IMG/VR virus record: IMGVR_UViG_2711768076_000009
Coordinates: 1-21,559 of that record
From: a virus
Taxonomy: Duplodnaviria > Heunggongvirae > Uroviricota > Caudoviricetes
Reading direction: 5' to 3' (one strand)
DNA length: 21,559 nt
This document shows, in pieces, positions 19,201 through 21,559 of the stretch (positions are counted from its first letter, which is position 1; each line of letters begins with the position of its first letter). The position numbers and the translations under genes were made by a program. The notes under the pieces were generated by a model that did not search any database, was not told where the DNA came from, and was given only the letters and a program-made list of their open reading frames with translations.

Positions 19201-19366
19201 TAAGCCACCTCTTATGACTGCGGGTTCTCTGAGAAAAAAATGTAAGGAGAGGAATGGAGCTCAGACTCACCCCCTTATACCAAAGGGGAAGTGAAAGTGA
19301 TTCCCAGCTCCTGAAATGCAAAAGCCCCCATTGGGAGCCTTCGAAGTGGAGAAACTCTAGCTAATT

Positions 19367-20263
19367 TTATTTTGTTGGTTTAGGGCCCAATGTAAATTTT
19401 GATTTAGTTCCTTTTCTTAACCGTTTAACATCAGGGAAAATATCCACCAACCGTTCAGTACACTTAATCAAAGATTCAGTACATAGCAACATACCCATTA
19501 TTATATATCCAAAATCGAACTTGTTAAAACAACCAGTCCCTCTCCCATTCGGTTCCATTTTGTAATATGATATAGGGAGTATGTGTGTGTAATGCGATAG
19601 AAAATCAAACATCACTTTAAACGATTTTGGGTCTTTCCCTAGTTTAATCAATAAATCGTCTCTATTAGGAATTGTTAAAGCCTTGCCTGACAAGCAACGT
19701 TTCCTAGTACCACTATCAAGTGATAAAAAAGCAGGGTTTTTATTGAGTCTTTCCGCAATTATACTCTGTTGCTCATTATAAAACTCTAATGCTTCTGTAT
19801 TATCACTTTGCGTGAATAATTCTATCCTTTTTACACAATCATTCATGTGCATAACATTTAGCTTTGCTGACCAAGCCTCTTCTGAATCTGGTGCTTCAGA
19901 CAAATACATAAACAGAAGTTCAGCTTCAAGGATCGCCCTGACATGAGATGCTATAGAAGCAAAATCCCAGAAATCGTAATCTCGCTTAGCCCATCTGGAC
20001 TTAGGAACATTAGAAATCATAATCGAAGCATGAATGCAAATTCGCGCAAATATATATGTTGACCAACCTTGATAAGCCTCAGCCATTCGCACACCTACTC
20101 CCTGACTTATCGCATTGGCTTCACAAACAGCTTTATCAAACTCCCTAAGAACATGGTGGAAGTCATCAATTGTAAAATCATTACGTTCGAGTGGATTCTC
20201 TAAGTTTTCTGCCTTATCTGATTTCATGTTGCAATGGTCCAAAAAGTAATTAAACGCATGCAT
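19367..20263 (-). CDS. Hypothetical protein, AT-rich cargo (moron) gene between tR' and the lysis cassette
   Basis: 298-aa ORF MHAFNYFLDHCNMKSDKAENLENP...; AT-rich relative to the flanking phage backbone by eye; no signal peptide, TM segment or motif I can name; ATG lies 9 nt downstream of the tR'-like terminator. Confidence 0.7.
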   Translation of the reverse strand: MHAFNYFLDHCNMKSDKAENLENPLERNDFTIDDFHHVLREFDKAVCEANAISQGVGVRMAEAYQGWSTYIFARICIHASIMISNVPKSRWAKRDYDFWDFASIASHVRAILEAELLFMYLSEAPDSEEAWSAKLNVMHMNDCVKRIELFTQSDNTEALEFYNEQQSIIAERLNKNPAFLSLDSGTRKRCLSGKALTIPNRDDLLIKLGKDPKSFKVMFDFLSHYTHILPISYYKMEPNGRGTGCFNKFDFGYIIMGMLLCTESLIKCTERLVDIFPDVKRLRKGTKSKFTLGPKPTK

Positions 20264-20271
20264 TGTAATAC

Positions 20272-20293
20272 AAAAAACCCGCTCATCGGCGGG
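20272..20293 (-). terminator. tR'-like intrinsic terminator downstream of late promoter
   Basis: Minus strand reads CCCGC-cgatga-GCGGG followed by TTTTTT; located about 60 nt downstream of the predicted pR' start. Confidence 0.65.
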
Positions 20294-20347
20294 TTTTGCT
20301 TACTTTACCATCGCATACAAAATCGGCAAAATATCATGTTTACACAA

Positions 20348-20376
20348 AATTTACGCAATTTAATTGACTTTTGCAA
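20348..20376 (-). promoter_or_regulatory. pR'-like late promoter (-35 TTGCAA, 17-bp spacer, -10 TAAATT) with probable Q-utilisation site
   Basis: Immediately downstream of the Q-position gene stop. The minus-strand stretch AATTAAATTGCGTAAATTTTG closely resembles the lambda pR' region AATAAAATTGGGTAAATTTGA as I recall it. Confidence 0.55.
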
Positions 20377-20380
20377 TATC

Positions 20381-21049
20381 TCATCGTGAAAAGATCGCTT
20401 TTTGTTGCGATCTCTTTTTCACGGTGGAAATCAAGGATTCTGTATCGAGATTCTTAAAAATGTCGCACATCTCACGCCAGTAGTTCGCATAATTATGGCT
20501 CCAGTTGTCTGGCTTAACTCCACACAGTCTGGCAAGCTCCTGTCGCTGGTAGACCTCACGCCCGGTAACCCATCCCCTGACATCCTGTGCCGCCAGCCAT
20601 ATCAACTTCTTCACACGCTCCAGCGTTTTTCCTGCAATTTTTCTGGTACCAGACTGGGTTTTAAATTCATTCCACACCCACTGCGTTATCACGATCTGAT
20701 GCTCCCAGCAAATGTTTCCGCCGTAACACCACAACAACCAGGCTTTATGATGTTCTTCAAGAGACAGAACAGCCCGCCGCCACGATGATGTCGAAAACTC
20801 AACCGGACTGACCAGAGGAATTGACGTCCCCTTCGCCAGCGATTGTTTCCCCGGGATTGGTGGATTATCCCGCGTAATCATTTTTCCGGTCACTTCATCT
20901 CGGTACCGGATTTTTTTACGCCTGTAACGCCCTGTATCGAACATGGCATTCTCCTGCCAGGCTTCAAGCTGACCTTTTGTTGCCCCACTCAAATCAGCGG
21001 TGGCGATAATGAGCTGCTCACGCACAAACTGTAAATACTGGTTATTCAT
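20381..21049 (-). CDS. Putative late-gene antiterminator (Q-position protein; family not recognised)
   Basis: About 222 aa from the ATG at 21049, which overlaps the rusA stop as ATGA (ORF track starts at GTG 21055). Sits between rusA and pR'/tR'. Not similar to lambda Q as I recall it, so the function is inferred from position only. Confidence 0.45.
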   Translation of the reverse strand: MNNQYLQFVREQLIIATADLSGATKGQLEAWQENAMFDTGRYRRKKIRYRDEVTGKMITRDNPPIPGKQSLAKGTSIPLVSPVEFSTSSWRRAVLSLEEHHKAWLLWCYGGNICWEHQIVITQWVWNEFKTQSGTRKIAGKTLERVKKLIWLAAQDVRGWVTGREVYQRQELARLCGVKPDNWSHNYANYWREMCDIFKNLDTESLISTVKKRSQQKAIFSR

Positions 21050-21411
21050 GCGCACTCCAGTTCTGTGATTTTTATCCCCAGCCGCCCACCAGGAACGAGC
21101 TGACCGCGCACAATATTGATTTCATCAAACTGCTCGTCGTCTATGAGAAGCCCCGCATGCGTCAGTGCATCCAGCGGTGCTTTCAGGATATTGTCCAGGT
21201 CCCGACGGCGCTTATCCGGCGGCTCTGCAGTAATTTTTATTGCCAGTCTTCCGGACAGGTTTAATTTCAGCCGCTGCTGGCGAACAATTAGCGCCACATC
21301 ACGGCGATAACGCTTTCCGGCCTCCGAGATGAAATACGTATTGCCATGACGTCGCCAGTAGGTATTCACCGTCGGCGGGTAAGGCAAAACAAATTCTATG
21401 CGTTCAGTCAT
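21046..21411 (-). CDS. rusA: Holliday junction resolvase RusA
   Basis: 121-aa ORF; PYPPTVNTYWR and DKRRRDLDNILKAPLDALTHAGLL motifs match E. coli RusA (PWPPSNNRYY, DRRRRDLDNLQKAAFDALT) from memory. Confidence 0.85.
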   Translation of the reverse strand: MTERIEFVLPYPPTVNTYWRRHGNTYFISEAGKRYRRDVALIVRQQRLKLNLSGRLAIKITAEPPDKRRRDLDNILKAPLDALTHAGLLIDDEQFDEINIVRGQLVPGGRLGIKITELECA

Positions 21412-21559
21412 TCATGCTTTCCACTTCAGGACACCCGAATTTCTCGCGTGCATTAAAAAACGAATCAGCAACAACAGCTGGCTGCCGTGTTTTTCTTCAA
21501 AATCTTTTACCCCGGCGTGCAGTTCGTTATGACATTTACGGCACAGCGGAATAACAAAC
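21412..21559 (-). CDS. DUF1364 / YbcO-like protein, C-terminal fragment (gene continues beyond window end)
   Basis: Open minus-strand frame running off the window end; reads ...FVIPLCRKCHNELHAGVKDFEEKHGSQLLLLIRFLMHARNSGVLKWKA-stop, with a CxxCH motif like YbcO (ACSACHDEID); directly upstream of rusA as in the E. coli DLP12 nin region. Confidence 0.5.
   Translation of the reverse strand, partial: FVIPLCRKCHNELHAGVKDFEEKHGSQLLLLIRFLMHARNSGVLKWKA

Noticed and set aside
19201-19366. Possible tRNA gene between Q and the lysis genes, as seen in many lambdoid phages
   Set aside because: AGCTCAGAC resembles a D-arm, but no GTTCGAATC-type T-loop or consistent acceptor stem could be built on either strand; left as a structured spacer.

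Overview
This window is the late (lysis plus morphogenesis) half of a lambdoid prophage of E. coli type, transcribed almost entirely on the minus strand. Reading in the phage direction (high to low coordinate): a DUF1364/YbcO-like C-terminal fragment, rusA, a Q-position late regulator, a pR'/tR'-like promoter-terminator pair, an AT-rich 298-aa cargo gene of unknown function sitting where stx sits in Stx phages, a lysis cassette (two holin-like membrane proteins, GH19 endolysin, overlapped spanins), a plus-strand AT-rich YfbU-family moron split by an intact IS5 with 4-bp TTAG target duplications, an HNH endonuclease, a candidate cos region, a P27-type small terminase, large terminase, HK97-type portal/protease/major capsid and head-tail joining genes, major tail protein with Ig-like C-terminus, tail chaperone G with a -1 frameshift into T, a 1077-aa tape measure, M, then L/K/I/J that I recognise from memory as lambda-like (J runs off the window start). 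No rRNA, tRNA or CRISPR array was found. All family assignments come from reading the translated ORFs and recalled motifs; nothing was searched against a database. The most interesting items are the two AT-rich morons at classic moron loci (Q-to-holin and spanin-to-cos), a small hydrophobic ORF between terminase and portal that the ORF track misses, the frameshift site, and a series of hairpin-plus-T-run elements inside the late operon.
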